DNA from: a virus
Strand: one strand, 5' to 3'
DNA: 64,000 nucleotides
IMG/VR virus record: IMGVR_UViG_3300037524_002016
Span: 18,530-82,529 of that record
The stretch's first letter is position 1, and each line of letters opens with the position of its first letter. This document shows positions 28,401 to 37,429 of this stretch, in pieces. A program made the position numbers and the translations under genes. The notes below the pieces were generated by a model. The model was not told the origin of the DNA, did not search any database, and saw only the letters and a program-made list of their open reading frames with translations.

Positions 28401-31400
28401 GTCTGCGGGTCGCCAGCCCGCTCCACATACTTGGCGAAGATGACTGCCTTGTCCTCAACGCTTTGGGCGCGCTGCATCAGTTTGTAGGCGACCTCAGATT
28501 GACGGTCACGAACTTCGCTGCGTCCCGTCATCTCGTTGACGATGTGAGTCAACTGAGATTCCAAGGTCCGGCCAAGGCCCTTCTGCCGGGCCCCCATGTG
28601 TTGGAAGAGGCCGACTGACTTGCCGTTATCTGGCGTCAGGTTCGGATCAAACTTGGCGTTCTCCTGAACCACGTTGCCGGCCACTGCGGCGGCATCTGCC
28701 AAAGACAGGCCCAGGTTCTGCAGGACCTTGATGGACTGAACGATCTTTTCGGGGTCGGCGCCGTTGAAGTTCAGCTTGGCGGTGTCGATCTTCGGAGCCG
28801 CACCAGCGCGCACAGCCGGTATTGCCGCACCGAGAGTATCCCGGTACACCTGCCGAGTGGCCGGCCGGTCAGACCGCTCGATGTGCCACCCTTCGTGGTC
28901 CATGCGGAAGTTGAGACCGAACTGCTTGGCGTTCTCGTGGAACCACTTCTGCGTCTCGGCTGACTTGAACCGCATGTCCGCCGCTTCGCCCAGGTTGTGC
29001 TGGGAAAGCCCCGGAGGCGCCGCCCACTTCCGGGCCTCGGCACCGCGCTTGGCCTGGACCTGCTGGAAGATGCGAACCTGCTCGTCATAGTCCCGAAAAC
29101 CCGAATAGATCTCGGCTTTACCGGGTGCTGCCTGGATCATCTTGGCCAGGCGCTCAGCAAATTCCGGACTGAATTTATCGGCCCGATCCTTCTTGCTGGT
29201 GACCAATGCGCCGCGAATCACCTGCAGGCTTTCCGGGCTGGCCTGGGTTGCGCCACGCGTCGCCTGGTAGGCTTCCTGCCACTGAGCCTTGGACGGCAGG
29301 AAGTCCCGGCCCACAGGCGGTGCTTGGGTCCTGCTGCCTCCTGGCAACACCTGGCTCGGAGCCTGACCACCCATCACTTCCAGCAATTCGTCGACCGTCG
29401 GCAACTTGTTGACGTCGAAGGTCTTGCCGTAGCGCTCGAAGATCACCTTCATCGACTTGGCGAGTTCGCCGCTGGTGTCTTCCTTGAGCGCGACGGACAG
29501 TTGCTCCAGCCACCGTTGGGTGTCGGCGCGCAGGCGCTCGTTGGTCTGGTCGATCTCAAAATTCAGCCGATCGGCCGTGCCGCTGAGAACGGAACGGGAC
29601 TGCTCCAGTGCCGTCCGCTGCTCAGGCGGCAGGTAGTTGGGGTTGGCGACGCGGGCACCCCGGCCACCGGTGTAGGTGGCGGCCTGGTCCGCGGAGGCCT
29701 GCAGCCGGGTGTCGATCTCCTGGATCAACCGGGTGATCCGCTCAATCTCATCAACGCCGGTCAACTGCAGTTCGCTCAGGGCCTTGATCAGTTCGTCGCC
29801 CTTAAGCTTCATCAGCCGCTCGACTTCGCGGCCTGCTGCCTCGGCTCGTAGGCGCTTCTCGGCTTCCCGCAGATTCTCGACGGCTTCACCGGAACTGCGC
29901 TCGAAGACCCGGCGGTACACCTGGAGGATGGCGTTCGAAACCACCTGCAGGTCCGGCGAGTTGAAGTCCGGGTTGGTGATGATGGCGTCGGCCTCGGCGG
30001 CCAGTGCCTTGTTGTACTCGTCGATGGGGTGCTCGACGGCAAACCGGAGTTGCTTCAGGAGGTCGTCACGCGCGCCGATCACGGCCCGGGAGGAATCCCG
30101 GAACTGTGCCGCCATCTTGGAAAGCGTTTCATCTTGGCCGCGGTCGAATTCCTTGAAGGAGGTCAGCTTGGCCAGCCGGCTCATCAAGGTCTTGTGGGTC
30201 TGACCGAAAGCGTCAGTACCCTGCTCCGCCAGTTGCACGAGCAGCGTCCGGGCCTCGCCAATCTGGTCTTCACGGACCTTGAACGATTTCCGCAGGGTGT
30301 TGTCGACGGCTTCCAGATTCGATTGGGCCGTCTGCACCAAGGCCGTCTGGCCCTTCTCATTGCCGGGGTCAACCTGGGCAAACTGGTCCTTGATGCTGGC
30401 CAGTTGAGCCTTCTTCTTTTCCGCCTCGCCTTCGAGTGAATTCACCCGGTCAGCCAGGGTGTCGGCGTCCTCTTCCTTGAACAGGTCGATGAGGCTCAGG
30501 ATGCTGGTGACAATGCCGATGATGAGGCCGATCAAGCCGGTGAAGCCGGCCAGACGGGGGCCCAGCAGCTTGGCGGCACCCCACATCCGCGACAGCCGCC
30601 CGGCGCCAGCAGCGACCGGGGCCAAGGATTCGCCAGCGCCACCCAACATCGTCGCAGCGGTACCGGCAGTGGCAGCGGCCGAAGCAGCCGGCTGCGCCGA
30701 TTTGAACCACCGCGAGAAGATACCGCCCGATGCAGTAGACGTCGGTTTGTTCGTCTGCGTGGACGTGCTGGTCGGCGTGGTCTCGGTGGTCGTTTCCGGC
30801 ACAATCCGAGTGGTTCTGAGATTCCGGGCCAGGACATTGAGGGACGCGTAGATGCTGGCCACGGCTCCAGCCAGACTCAGGGCCCGGCCAGTGCTTTCCT
30901 CGGGGGCCGCGGCTGTCGCAGCCGTACCAGCTCCGGCCGCAACCGCTGTGGTACCAAGGAACACCGCGGCCTTCTTGGCGAACGAGCCCTTGTACCCGGC
31001 CGTGACCGCGAGGCCGGTACCGACTGCGGCCTGCAGCACGGGCATGAAGCCGGCCGGACCACCCAGAGCCTTGGCCCGGGTGATGACATCGTCCAGCTTG
31101 GTGATCAGCTTGGTCAGGCCGTCCGTCCACCGCTCTAGGGTCTCGACCATCGGCCCGCCCAGGTTGGAGGTGACAGCAACGATGACAGCCTTCAGGTTGT
31201 TAAAACTCTTGGTGAGCGACTCCATTTGAGTCGTCGCGCCACGCGCCGCTGCGCCGCCAGAGGACAGGGCCGCCAGCTTTTCTTCGAGTTCGCCGAGGTT
31301 CGAGACCAGCGCGGCGATGGCGTTCTCACCTTCGACGTTGGCGAATGCGCCCTTGAAGTCGAAGGCGCCGGAACCACCCAGTCCCAGCCGCTGGTACTCG

Positions 31401-34093
31401 CGCAAGACCTCCAGGGGATTGCCGCCCTGGGCGTAGGCCAGGAACCGGGCCTTGATCTGCGGTGCGGTGAACTGCTGACCCAGCGCGCGGTAGCGCTTCT
31501 GAAGAACCGCCGTCAGTTTCTCGTCCGGCGACAACAGGTCGATGACGGCCTGCCGGAAGTTGGTGGCGATGGTGGATTCTTTGAGGCCGGCGTTCCGGAG
31601 CACTGCGGCGGCGGCCAGGAACTGTTCGGCGGTGAAGCCGTATTCGCGGGCGGTTTGCGCACCTCGGCTGACGATGGTGGTGAGACCTTCACCGGTCAGC
31701 TTGGAGATGTTGATCGCCTTGGTCAGGAGGTCAGCTGTCCGGGCGTCGCCCATCTTGCCGAACACGTCCTGCATCGTGGTGATGGTATCGGCTGCCGTCT
31801 CCAGTGTCGTCTCGGTCGCAGTGGCGTACTGGGCCACGCTCTTGAGCGAGGCGGCAATCTTCTCGGGCGCCACACCGGCCTGCGACAGCACCTGGGCTGC
31901 CTTGGCCAACTCATCCGTGGAGAACGGCGTCTCCATGCTAGTGATGAGCCCGCGGACCGCCGCCGAGATGTTGTTGATCTGGCGGGTGGTAGCTTCGGAA
32001 ACCGCCTGGACCGATTTCAGCTTGTCCTGGAAGCTGACAACGCTTTTGCCGAGCGCCGTGATGGCGTTCAGCATCGCATAGAGCGATCCATACTCCAGGG
32101 CGTAGCGCACGAACAGGCGGAAGGCCAGGCCCATCTGATGCAGGGCGCCGCGAAGACCCTCAGTTCGGGCTCGGGTATCGGAAAGGGCCTGCTGATGGTC
32201 GATAAGCGACCGGGAAGTTTCCCGGAATTGCGTGGTGTTCTGTTTGCCTTGACGAGAGAGTTGTTCCATTTCCTGGGACAACTCGCGCACCCGCGTCTTC
32301 AGGTACACATTGGCGGCTGGAAGCTCATCCGGACCCAGGTGACGGGTGCCTCCGAGACCGGTTCGCTGAACCGCCTGTTGGCCGGCATCATAAACGGCAG
32401 GACGCTTGGTCTGTTCCCGGTTGAGTCGCTGCTGAATCTGCTCGGCTTCCCGCAGGCGCTTGGTATAGGATGCGATCTTCTTATCGGCCGCGTCCCGGGC
32501 CTGGACATCCTCTTTCGACAAGGTGAGGTGAGCCTGCCGGAGCCGGCGCTGCTCAGATAGCGCGGTCTTCAGGGACTCGGTGTAGGTCAGCAGTTTCTGC
32601 TGGTCGACGATCTCCAATTTGCTGAGGTTGCCGATCTCGCGACGCCGGCGCAGAACATCACGCGTAGCTGTGAGCGAGGACTCTTCCAGCTTCGCGATCT
32701 GCTTCTGCCGGCGTTCAATGTCCACGCCGGAGCGTTGCCGATCCAAGGTCCGGACCTGGGTCTCGACGTCCTTGATGAGGGTCTGAGTTTGAACAAGGGC
32801 TTCGCGCGCCTGCGAGAGCGCCACCTGGTCGCCCGCCTTGCGTGCTTCCTGCAGGCGTTGCCGGAGAACGCTCTCCTCGTCCTTCAATTGCTGCTGGACC
32901 TGACGAGGGTCCTGCAACTGCTTGACGCCGCCGACCTGGGCAATGGTTCGGCGAGCTTCCAGCCCGGACTCGGTCCCGGTGCGAAGGTAGTTCGCCATCT
33001 CCTGCTCGCGCCGGAGACTCTTGCTGCTGACCCGCTGCAGCGTTTCCTCGACCTTTCGCAGTTCCTGGATATAGATCGCGGCCTTGTTGATGGCCTTCTG
33101 CAGGGACTCCTCGACCACCGTGGTCGTGTTGCGGTGGGTCTTGGCCAGGCTGTTCTGTTCCTGGATCGCTTGCTGGATCGACGTCCGATAGGCCTGCAGG
33201 GTGGTCTTGTCCTGTGGGCCGGCTGTCGCCAGATCGCCCAGGCCAGCCCGACGCTGCAGCATCTCCAGGCGGGCGGCGCGGGCCGATTTTTCGGCCTGTT
33301 CGATCTTTTCCCTTTCCTTGGTCTGGGCCGTGCCAGCGCGTTCGTCCACGTCGGCCTTGGCCGCCTGCCGGAATGCCCGTTCGCCTGGGGCCACCACGTT
33401 CCGTTCCATGGTGGCGATGAAGGCGTCGAACTGCGGGGAGATGATCTTCTGGCCATCGATCAGGCCTTTGGCCAACTGGTCGCTGGCGGTCTTAAAGGCC
33501 TGTAGCCGGCGCCGGATCAGCGCCTGCATGCGGGCGATGATCTCCCGCTCGGAAGCCTCGAACTTCTTCAGGTCAAAGCCGCTGGCGGTCCACCGGCTGT
33601 AGAGGTCCATGGCCCTGGCCCGGGCCTTCTCATCGCCAAATTCCCCGAGATCCTTAACGTTGGCACCGAAGGCCTTCAGATCATCCAGGTTGGTGTTGCC
33701 GCTCAGGGCGACCAGTAGTGCTTGGGCGTCTTTGGCGGCCTGTTGGCGCTCAGGTGTAATGGCGTTGTCCAGGCCCTTCTGCGCATAAGTCTTCTTGCGC
33801 TTGGTGGCCGTGTCATCGGCCAGGGTCTTGCGCCACTGCTCGATCTTGGCGGCCGGCGTAGGTGCGGCTTCGATGATGCCAGACAGCCTTTGCAGTTCCG
33901 TCGCGATGTCGGTCTTGAACTGGTCCAAATTGAACCCGGGCTCAATGTCGATCGGCAGGACCTGAGGCGGCAACTTCATGCCCTTCATGGTCGCCGCGAC
34001 CATCTTGTTGACCTGGTTGTCAAATGCTTTGCTGTCGACCTTGTTCAGGCCAAGCAACACATCGACAAGAAGTTTGACGTCAATTTGAGCCAT
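25484..34093 (-). CDS. Tape measure protein with M15 peptidase and phage-tail-lysozyme domains
   Basis: 2869 aa, helical and Ala/Gln-rich; TP901-like core; YSGFRDYDEQ..AAPPGLSQHNLGEAADM..EGWHI; AAAVAGNVVQEN..GLFQH. Confidence 0.92.
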   Translation of the reverse strand: MAQIDVKLLVDVLLGLNKVDSKAFDNQVNKMVAATMKGMKLPPQVLPIDIEPGFNLDQFKTDIATELQRLSGIIEAAPTPAAKIEQWRKTLADDTATKRKKTYAQKGLDNAITPERQQAAKDAQALLVALSGNTNLDDLKAFGANVKDLGEFGDEKARARAMDLYSRWTASGFDLKKFEASEREIIARMQALIRRRLQAFKTASDQLAKGLIDGQKIISPQFDAFIATMERNVVAPGERAFRQAAKADVDERAGTAQTKEREKIEQAEKSARAARLEMLQRRAGLGDLATAGPQDKTTLQAYRTSIQQAIQEQNSLAKTHRNTTTVVEESLQKAINKAAIYIQELRKVEETLQRVSSKSLRREQEMANYLRTGTESGLEARRTIAQVGGVKQLQDPRQVQQQLKDEESVLRQRLQEARKAGDQVALSQAREALVQTQTLIKDVETQVRTLDRQRSGVDIERRQKQIAKLEESSLTATRDVLRRRREIGNLSKLEIVDQQKLLTYTESLKTALSEQRRLRQAHLTLSKEDVQARDAADKKIASYTKRLREAEQIQQRLNREQTKRPAVYDAGQQAVQRTGLGGTRHLGPDELPAANVYLKTRVRELSQEMEQLSRQGKQNTTQFRETSRSLIDHQQALSDTRARTEGLRGALHQMGLAFRLFVRYALEYGSLYAMLNAITALGKSVVSFQDKLKSVQAVSEATTRQINNISAAVRGLITSMETPFSTDELAKAAQVLSQAGVAPEKIAASLKSVAQYATATETTLETAADTITTMQDVFGKMGDARTADLLTKAINISKLTGEGLTTIVSRGAQTAREYGFTAEQFLAAAAVLRNAGLKESTIATNFRQAVIDLLSPDEKLTAVLQKRYRALGQQFTAPQIKARFLAYAQGGNPLEVLREYQRLGLGGSGAFDFKGAFANVEGENAIAALVSNLGELEEKLAALSSGGAAARGATTQMESLTKSFNNLKAVIVAVTSNLGGPMVETLERWTDGLTKLITKLDDVITRAKALGGPAGFMPVLQAAVGTGLAVTAGYKGSFAKKAAVFLGTTAVAAGAGTAATAAAPEESTGRALSLAGAVASIYASLNVLARNLRTTRIVPETTTETTPTSTSTQTNKPTSTASGGIFSRWFKSAQPAASAAATAGTAATMLGGAGESLAPVAAGAGRLSRMWGAAKLLGPRLAGFTGLIGLIIGIVTSILSLIDLFKEEDADTLADRVNSLEGEAEKKKAQLASIKDQFAQVDPGNEKGQTALVQTAQSNLEAVDNTLRKSFKVREDQIGEARTLLVQLAEQGTDAFGQTHKTLMSRLAKLTSFKEFDRGQDETLSKMAAQFRDSSRAVIGARDDLLKQLRFAVEHPIDEYNKALAAEADAIITNPDFNSPDLQVVSNAILQVYRRVFERSSGEAVENLREAEKRLRAEAAGREVERLMKLKGDELIKALSELQLTGVDEIERITRLIQEIDTRLQASADQAATYTGGRGARVANPNYLPPEQRTALEQSRSVLSGTADRLNFEIDQTNERLRADTQRWLEQLSVALKEDTSGELAKSMKVIFERYGKTFDVNKLPTVDELLEVMGGQAPSQVLPGGSRTQAPPVGRDFLPSKAQWQEAYQATRGATQASPESLQVIRGALVTSKKDRADKFSPEFAERLAKMIQAAPGKAEIYSGFRDYDEQVRIFQQVQAKRGAEARKWAAPPGLSQHNLGEAADMRFKSAETQKWFHENAKQFGLNFRMDHEGWHIERSDRPATRQVYRDTLGAAIPAVRAGAAPKIDTAKLNFNGADPEKIVQSIKVLQNLGLSLADAAAVAGNVVQENAKFDPNLTPDNGKSVGLFQHMGARQKGLGRTLESQLTHIVNEMTGRSEVRDRQSEVAYKLMQRAQSVEDKAVIFAKYVERAGDPQTQKRQMYAQNAYLLATQQGAQQAPAARERLAESSFLTTLKKTVTEASVLAANQRQADIDQLRRPFVEPVETMRQRELADIRVQSAVAKRDWVGLFGQGSSYLNPDTNLDDVRAQLVAPQSALADLAKVELRLAQERVDYAKRTQKRSENLPVSDEERRTLAENVVKAEIELEKTTRRLADQRLSQEAAYDRFVRERGPQALRLYPKPFVGAEVRSQIAEAEKKKDYTALLGPTPQPLDTQLGLDEVVKQLLQAKGLLGQIAREQLAIADANVQKAQARLTEYENTVKAVPSQANPATEAQRKNDVVQTISARESAIRKLAEQRLEIEDKRRRELVATNLETLAKEVEAAKRSYEFAAQGLYNTAEVEKHQETYIRLLERQADAQYEKDLLDNNNRELAQKEWQARKQLVENERRVFLANRIDREERRYQQGISTITQPEDIYRTGMGLEITPERRREQIVSEQLLTERSIQEKIRLRDEAIRTQGADSTAVINLNNRLRELGQRFAELSAESDRLNMSFTQALAEGFSADRLRDALRRNLGTMFDMAANIADEFGAATRRVADALGAAMFQTKQKTVSERSDSTEEWSVEPNTVGTVGPARGDIYTKGDTSRFKLRRTRQTTTSSSSPNAEGTAGTFEQIGRDLLSGISSQIYKGIFGSLAESILGGFTGKGGAKGQGGEPGVKEASEQAFTGIADTFKNGFGAVEKSVTGFLNGNNGFFSTLASVLIGGLGGIVNAVGGLFSGGGGIVNAVGGLFSGGGGSSGAGIFSSIVGLFARDGAVLNELPAGKPLGKFATGKVLDEVQVAAEPVLAKFAGGGLTRGVGGIIKGKGTPTSDSIPALLTQGRTVKGYIAVSTEEAILNAKATKMLGPDFINRVNRGALQGKFARGGMLSGAPSTSSQSGYNGSPVDVQIIDQRSASAPDMEVQRRKQPGGKEELRVFVREAMKSEFSSGSMDRTHAVNMGTRRPPIRR
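26121..26204. repeat. Exact 42-bp tandem duplication in the tape measure gene
   Basis: ccgccaccgccgctgaacagcccgccgaccgcattgacgatg twice (IVNAVGGLFSGGGG x2). Confidence 0.95.
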
Positions 34094-34097
34094 GGTC

Positions 34098-34682
34098 TTA
34101 TCCGTTCATCATCTTGAAGAAGTCGGCGGGGTTATCCACCGTCGTGGTATTGGCGTCGTCCGCCGGCTTGTCGTCTTCAGCGTAGTGGCCGCCCATTCCG
34201 TAGAGGACGGCCTCGAACTGATAGGTGTGCTCCTCGATCACACGGAGGAGGTAGCTGTTCACCATCTCCAGCACGTCGTCGCGGTCGACCTGGGCGTAAT
34301 AGAACTCGGCCCGGGCATAGTCGTAGCGGCACATCTGCAGCAGCAGATCCGTGATTGGAATTTTTTCGAGGATGGCAGCCTGGAACGAGGTGCCCAGACT
34401 CTTTTTCGGGGGCGGCTTGTCCGGGTCCGAAGGCGCTTTGTCGTCCTTCAGCGCGGCTTGCAGCTTTTCATCGAACTGCCGGATGTCGTCCGGCGTCGGA
34501 TTCGGCACGCCACAGCACTCCCGCAGCACCGTGACCAGAGCACCAGCCACGGCATCGTGCAGGGCGTCCGGCTCCAGCTCTGCCTCGGTGATGTCCTTGA
34601 ACAGTGCGAACGCCCGTTCGTAGGCCAGCAGCGGCAAGACGAGATGGCGACCGTAGCGGCGCTGATAAAACAGAGAGGCCAT
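34098..34682 (-). CDS. Probable tail assembly chaperone
   Basis: Only ORF between the major tail and tape measure genes; acidic and helical. Confidence 0.6.
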   Translation of the reverse strand: MASLFYQRRYGRHLVLPLLAYERAFALFKDITEAELEPDALHDAVAGALVTVLRECCGVPNPTPDDIRQFDEKLQAALKDDKAPSDPDKPPPKKSLGTSFQAAILEKIPITDLLLQMCRYDYARAEFYYAQVDRDDVLEMVNSYLLRVIEEHTYQFEAVLYGMGGHYAEDDKPADDANTTTVDNPADFFKMMNG

Positions 34683-34696
34683 GCCGTTTTCTCAAC

Positions 34697-34720
34697 AAAA
34701 AGGCGGCCCGAAGGCCGCCT
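34697..34720 (-). terminator. Rho-independent terminator after the major tail gene
   Basis: AGGCGGCC-TTCG-GGCCGCCT followed by a T-run on the minus strand. Confidence 0.85.
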
Positions 34721-34748
34721 CGTATCCGTCTCGGGAGCGGAGTGGGGA

Positions 34749-35570
34749 TCAGACTGCGCCGCCGGCGAACATTCCCGTGGGGTGGCTGGGGATGATGTCC
34801 CGCAGGTGGTAGAGCGGATCGTTGCTGGTGGCGTACTCGGAGTCGGTCGGACGGTTGATTTTCAGTTCCAGCGCGGTGGAGGCAAAGTCCCGGGGGTTGT
34901 TGCCGAGCGACATACCGGTGCCGATGGAGGCCTTCCAGAAGTGGAAGACCTGCGGTACGCCGGACGCCTGGTCCACCATGACGATGGAGACCGAGAAGTA
35001 TTGGGTCTGGGTGATACCGCCGATCGAAACCGGGTGGGCCTTGACGCACTTGACGGTGCTGGCCGTGCCATTCAATGCCGTGGTCAGGCCGAGGGTCAGG
35101 GTCAGGTCGTTGCCGTTCTTGGAAGCGACGCGGTCGATCGTCACGGACTCGGGATCGCCTTCCTTGTAGAGCGCGACAATGTCGTTGGCGGCGAAAGCCG
35201 TGCCGGAGGCCACCGTGACCACGGTTGCACCGAGAATGCTGTTGGAGGTGACGGTCGTCGAAGCAGCCGTCGGCTCGCTGGCCAGATCACCCACGCCCAT
35301 GCCGAGCAGCATCTTGATGTTACGGCGAGAGTACTCGCGGAGGTTGCCCTTGACGGTAGCGGTCTGGGAAATAACGGCGGTGGCGACCGGGGTCGGCGGA
35401 TAGCCGCCCATCAGGTCGACGGACTCCTGGGCCACTTCGGTCGACACGTCATCGACGAGACCGATGGAGTGGGCACTGGAGTGCTTCATGGCGAGGGTCA
35501 TCGGCGCTACCCGAACTTCCGCGGTGCCGATGGGGAACTTGGTGGTTTTGGCTGAGCCGAGATTCGACAT
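34749..35570 (-). CDS. Major tail (tube) protein
   Basis: Ser/Thr/Gly-rich beta protein, strong codon bias, own promoter and terminator, two genes upstream of the tape measure. Confidence 0.75.
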   Translation of the reverse strand: MSNLGSAKTTKFPIGTAEVRVAPMTLAMKHSSAHSIGLVDDVSTEVAQESVDLMGGYPPTPVATAVISQTATVKGNLREYSRRNIKMLLGMGVGDLASEPTAASTTVTSNSILGATVVTVASGTAFAANDIVALYKEGDPESVTIDRVASKNGNDLTLTLGLTTALNGTASTVKCVKAHPVSIGGITQTQYFSVSIVMVDQASGVPQVFHFWKASIGTGMSLGNNPRDFASTALELKINRPTDSEYATSNDPLYHLRDIIPSHPTGMFAGGAV

Positions 35571-35605
35571 CTGCGTAGTCTCATAGGTAGGTTGAGGATA
35601 CGCAG

Positions 35606-35633
35606 ATTATACCCACGACGTGGGTAGACGCAA
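35606..35633 (-). promoter_or_regulatory. Promoter for the major tail gene with a palindromic operator
   Basis: TTGCGT-16 nt-TATAAT; TACCCAC-GTC-GTGGGTA palindrome overlaps the spacer and -10. Confidence 0.7.
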
Positions 35634-35644
35634 CACCTATTGTG

Positions 35645-36439
35645 CTAGGTCGTGGCTTTTAAATGACGCTCCAAGTCGCGTCCCCAGGCTGCGGCCAGTT
35701 CAGGCAATAGCGGACGATACAGTTGGGGTCTTTTTTCGCCTGGAACCTCACCGAACATGAGACGCTCTAGCGGTTCCTGAGCTTTCCATTCGCGCCCGGC
35801 CAAGCCCGGCCGCGAGGGGGTGCCGGTCACATAGGATTGCCGAACCAGGCCATCCAGAGGCAATGGCAGCTTGACCAGGTCGAAGCCCATTTCGACTAAG
35901 ACGTCGACGGTACCTGGCTGTGGGCGCGCTGCCAACGGCAGTCCGTAGCGTTTGTACTCCTTGGTCACGCTGACAGGCTTCACCCGGCTACCGGATTCTA
36001 CATACCCGCGGCGCGCGATCTTGGGGTCGCCAATGGGTTTGGCCGCGCCTTTGGTGGCCAGCGCCACGGCAACGGCCCGGGCCATGGCACCGGTGCGCTG
36101 CTTGTGGCGGTGAGAGTAACCCTGTTTAACCTTGCGATACAGGTAATACTGGTTCAGTTCTTCCCAGGGGGTGGAAAATTCCACTGTCGGATTGGCCGGT
36201 GGCCCAAACTTCTTGGAACCCACCGCGGCTGCGGCCCCACCTGGGGCATTCTCAAGAGCGGCAGTCAGCGCTCGCAGCGAACTCTCGTAGTGCTCGCGGA
36301 TGTGCTTCAGGTACACCGGCCGTTGTTCCTTGGCGGCCTTGGTCGCCAAGTGCGACGCCATCATGCCGTCATTCTGGACGGCCTCCAGCACGGTCACCGA
36401 CAGTTTGCCGCGAGCCTTGAGCCCTCTGAAATTAGCCAT
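35645..36439 (-). CDS. Putative neck/tail completion protein
   Basis: Basic protein in the neck gene cluster; synteny only. Confidence 0.45.
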   Translation of the reverse strand: MANFRGLKARGKLSVTVLEAVQNDGMMASHLATKAAKEQRPVYLKHIREHYESSLRALTAALENAPGGAAAAVGSKKFGPPANPTVEFSTPWEELNQYYLYRKVKQGYSHRHKQRTGAMARAVAVALATKGAAKPIGDPKIARRGYVESGSRVKPVSVTKEYKRYGLPLAARPQPGTVDVLVEMGFDLVKLPLPLDGLVRQSYVTGTPSRPGLAGREWKAQEPLERLMFGEVPGEKRPQLYRPLLPELAAAWGRDLERHLKATT

Positions 36440-36887
36440 AAGACACTGCCTTGCCGGCCACCGAGGCCATGCGGAAACTGGAGGTGCGATCCATCAACTG
36501 CGGGTCCACCCGGGCGTCCTGCATCAGCAGGTAGCCGCACACGGGACCCGGATCGGCGCCGGAATAGTCCCGGATGTCGAGGCGCGGCGAGGTCTCGATG
36601 GCCGTCTTGAGTTTGCCGGCCAGGGCCAGAATGTTGTAACTGCTGGGGTCGGACATGCCCACGGCACCCACCGAGAACACCACGGTGTTCATGGAGCCGA
36701 ACCGGTCTTCGGATTCGAGCCGCAGGAATTCCCAGGCAATGGCCGGTTCCTCGGTCGCCATAATGGCTTCCAACTGGGTGGGATCATCGAGATCGAACAC
36801 AGGCGGCGGCGGGGTGGCGATCGTGGCGGCCATGTCATAGAGAAAGCGGTCGAGGGTGGACTTCACGGCCAGGAGAAAGTTGCTCAT
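36432..36887 (-). CDS. Putative tail terminator
   Basis: About 150 aa, acidic, upstream of the major tail gene; synteny. Confidence 0.45.
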   Translation of the reverse strand: MSNFLLAVKSTLDRFLYDMAATIATPPPPVFDLDDPTQLEAIMATEEPAIAWEFLRLESEDRFGSMNTVVFSVGAVGMSDPSSYNILALAGKLKTAIETSPRLDIRDYSGADPGPVCGYLLMQDARVDPQLMDRTSSFRMASVAGKAVSYG

Positions 36888-37429
36888 CGCTTCACAGCCT
36901 CAACCACAAACAGGTGGTTTTCCTTCAGCACATTGCGGATATCGAAGGTCATGCCGGCAACCTTGACCAGGTGGTCGACCCCCAGCGTGGTGTCTCCCGG
37001 AAAATAGAAAACCACCTGATTGAACTCGCCGGTTGGCAGGGTGGAGTTCACCGAATCCGTCCGCTCATAATCGCAAGGCACGGTCGTCGCCAGGGTCTCC
37101 ACCGGCGCCCGGCGCGCGCCGGAAGCCGCAGTCGTGGTGGCGAGCGTGTAAATCTCCGCCGTGTAGGGCGCCGGCCGCAGGTGGTGTACAAATCCATGGG
37201 AGGTGTAATCCGGTTCGATGTTGTACAAGAGATAGAGACGACCATCCGGACCGCGCAGACGGTGGACGATCGGGTCCAGGGCAGTCGGGGCAATCAGTTG
37301 TCGGTAGGGTTGGGAGCGCTCCAGGGACGCGCGGAGACTGCCGACCAGAATGTCAGGTTGCCACCGGCTGGATGCAAAGCCTTCGAAGCGATCGGTGCTG
37401 AGCTTTTGGATGACCCGGTTCAGGTTCAT
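36884..37429 (-). CDS. Putative head closure protein
   Basis: Beta-rich, ends with DHLVKVAGMTFDIRNV...VVEAVKR like stopper proteins; synteny. Confidence 0.5.
   Translation of the reverse strand: MNLNRVIQKLSTDRFEGFASSRWQPDILVGSLRASLERSQPYRQLIAPTALDPIVHRLRGPDGRLYLLYNIEPDYTSHGFVHHLRPAPYTAEIYTLATTTAASGARRAPVETLATTVPCDYERTDSVNSTLPTGEFNQVVFYFPGDTTLGVDHLVKVAGMTFDIRNVLKENHLFVVEAVKR

Noticed and set aside
34098-34682. Programmed -1 frameshift in the tail chaperone (G AAA AAG near 34400)
   Set aside because: A single ORF already spans the major tail to tape measure gap; the heptamer is imperfect and there is no separate downstream frame to join
22089-35555. Long + strand ORFs antisense to the tail genes (e.g. 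22089-23165, 26951-28108, 31226-32560, 34092-35555)
   Set aside because: Shadow ORFs expected from high-GC codon bias; no motifs or RBS
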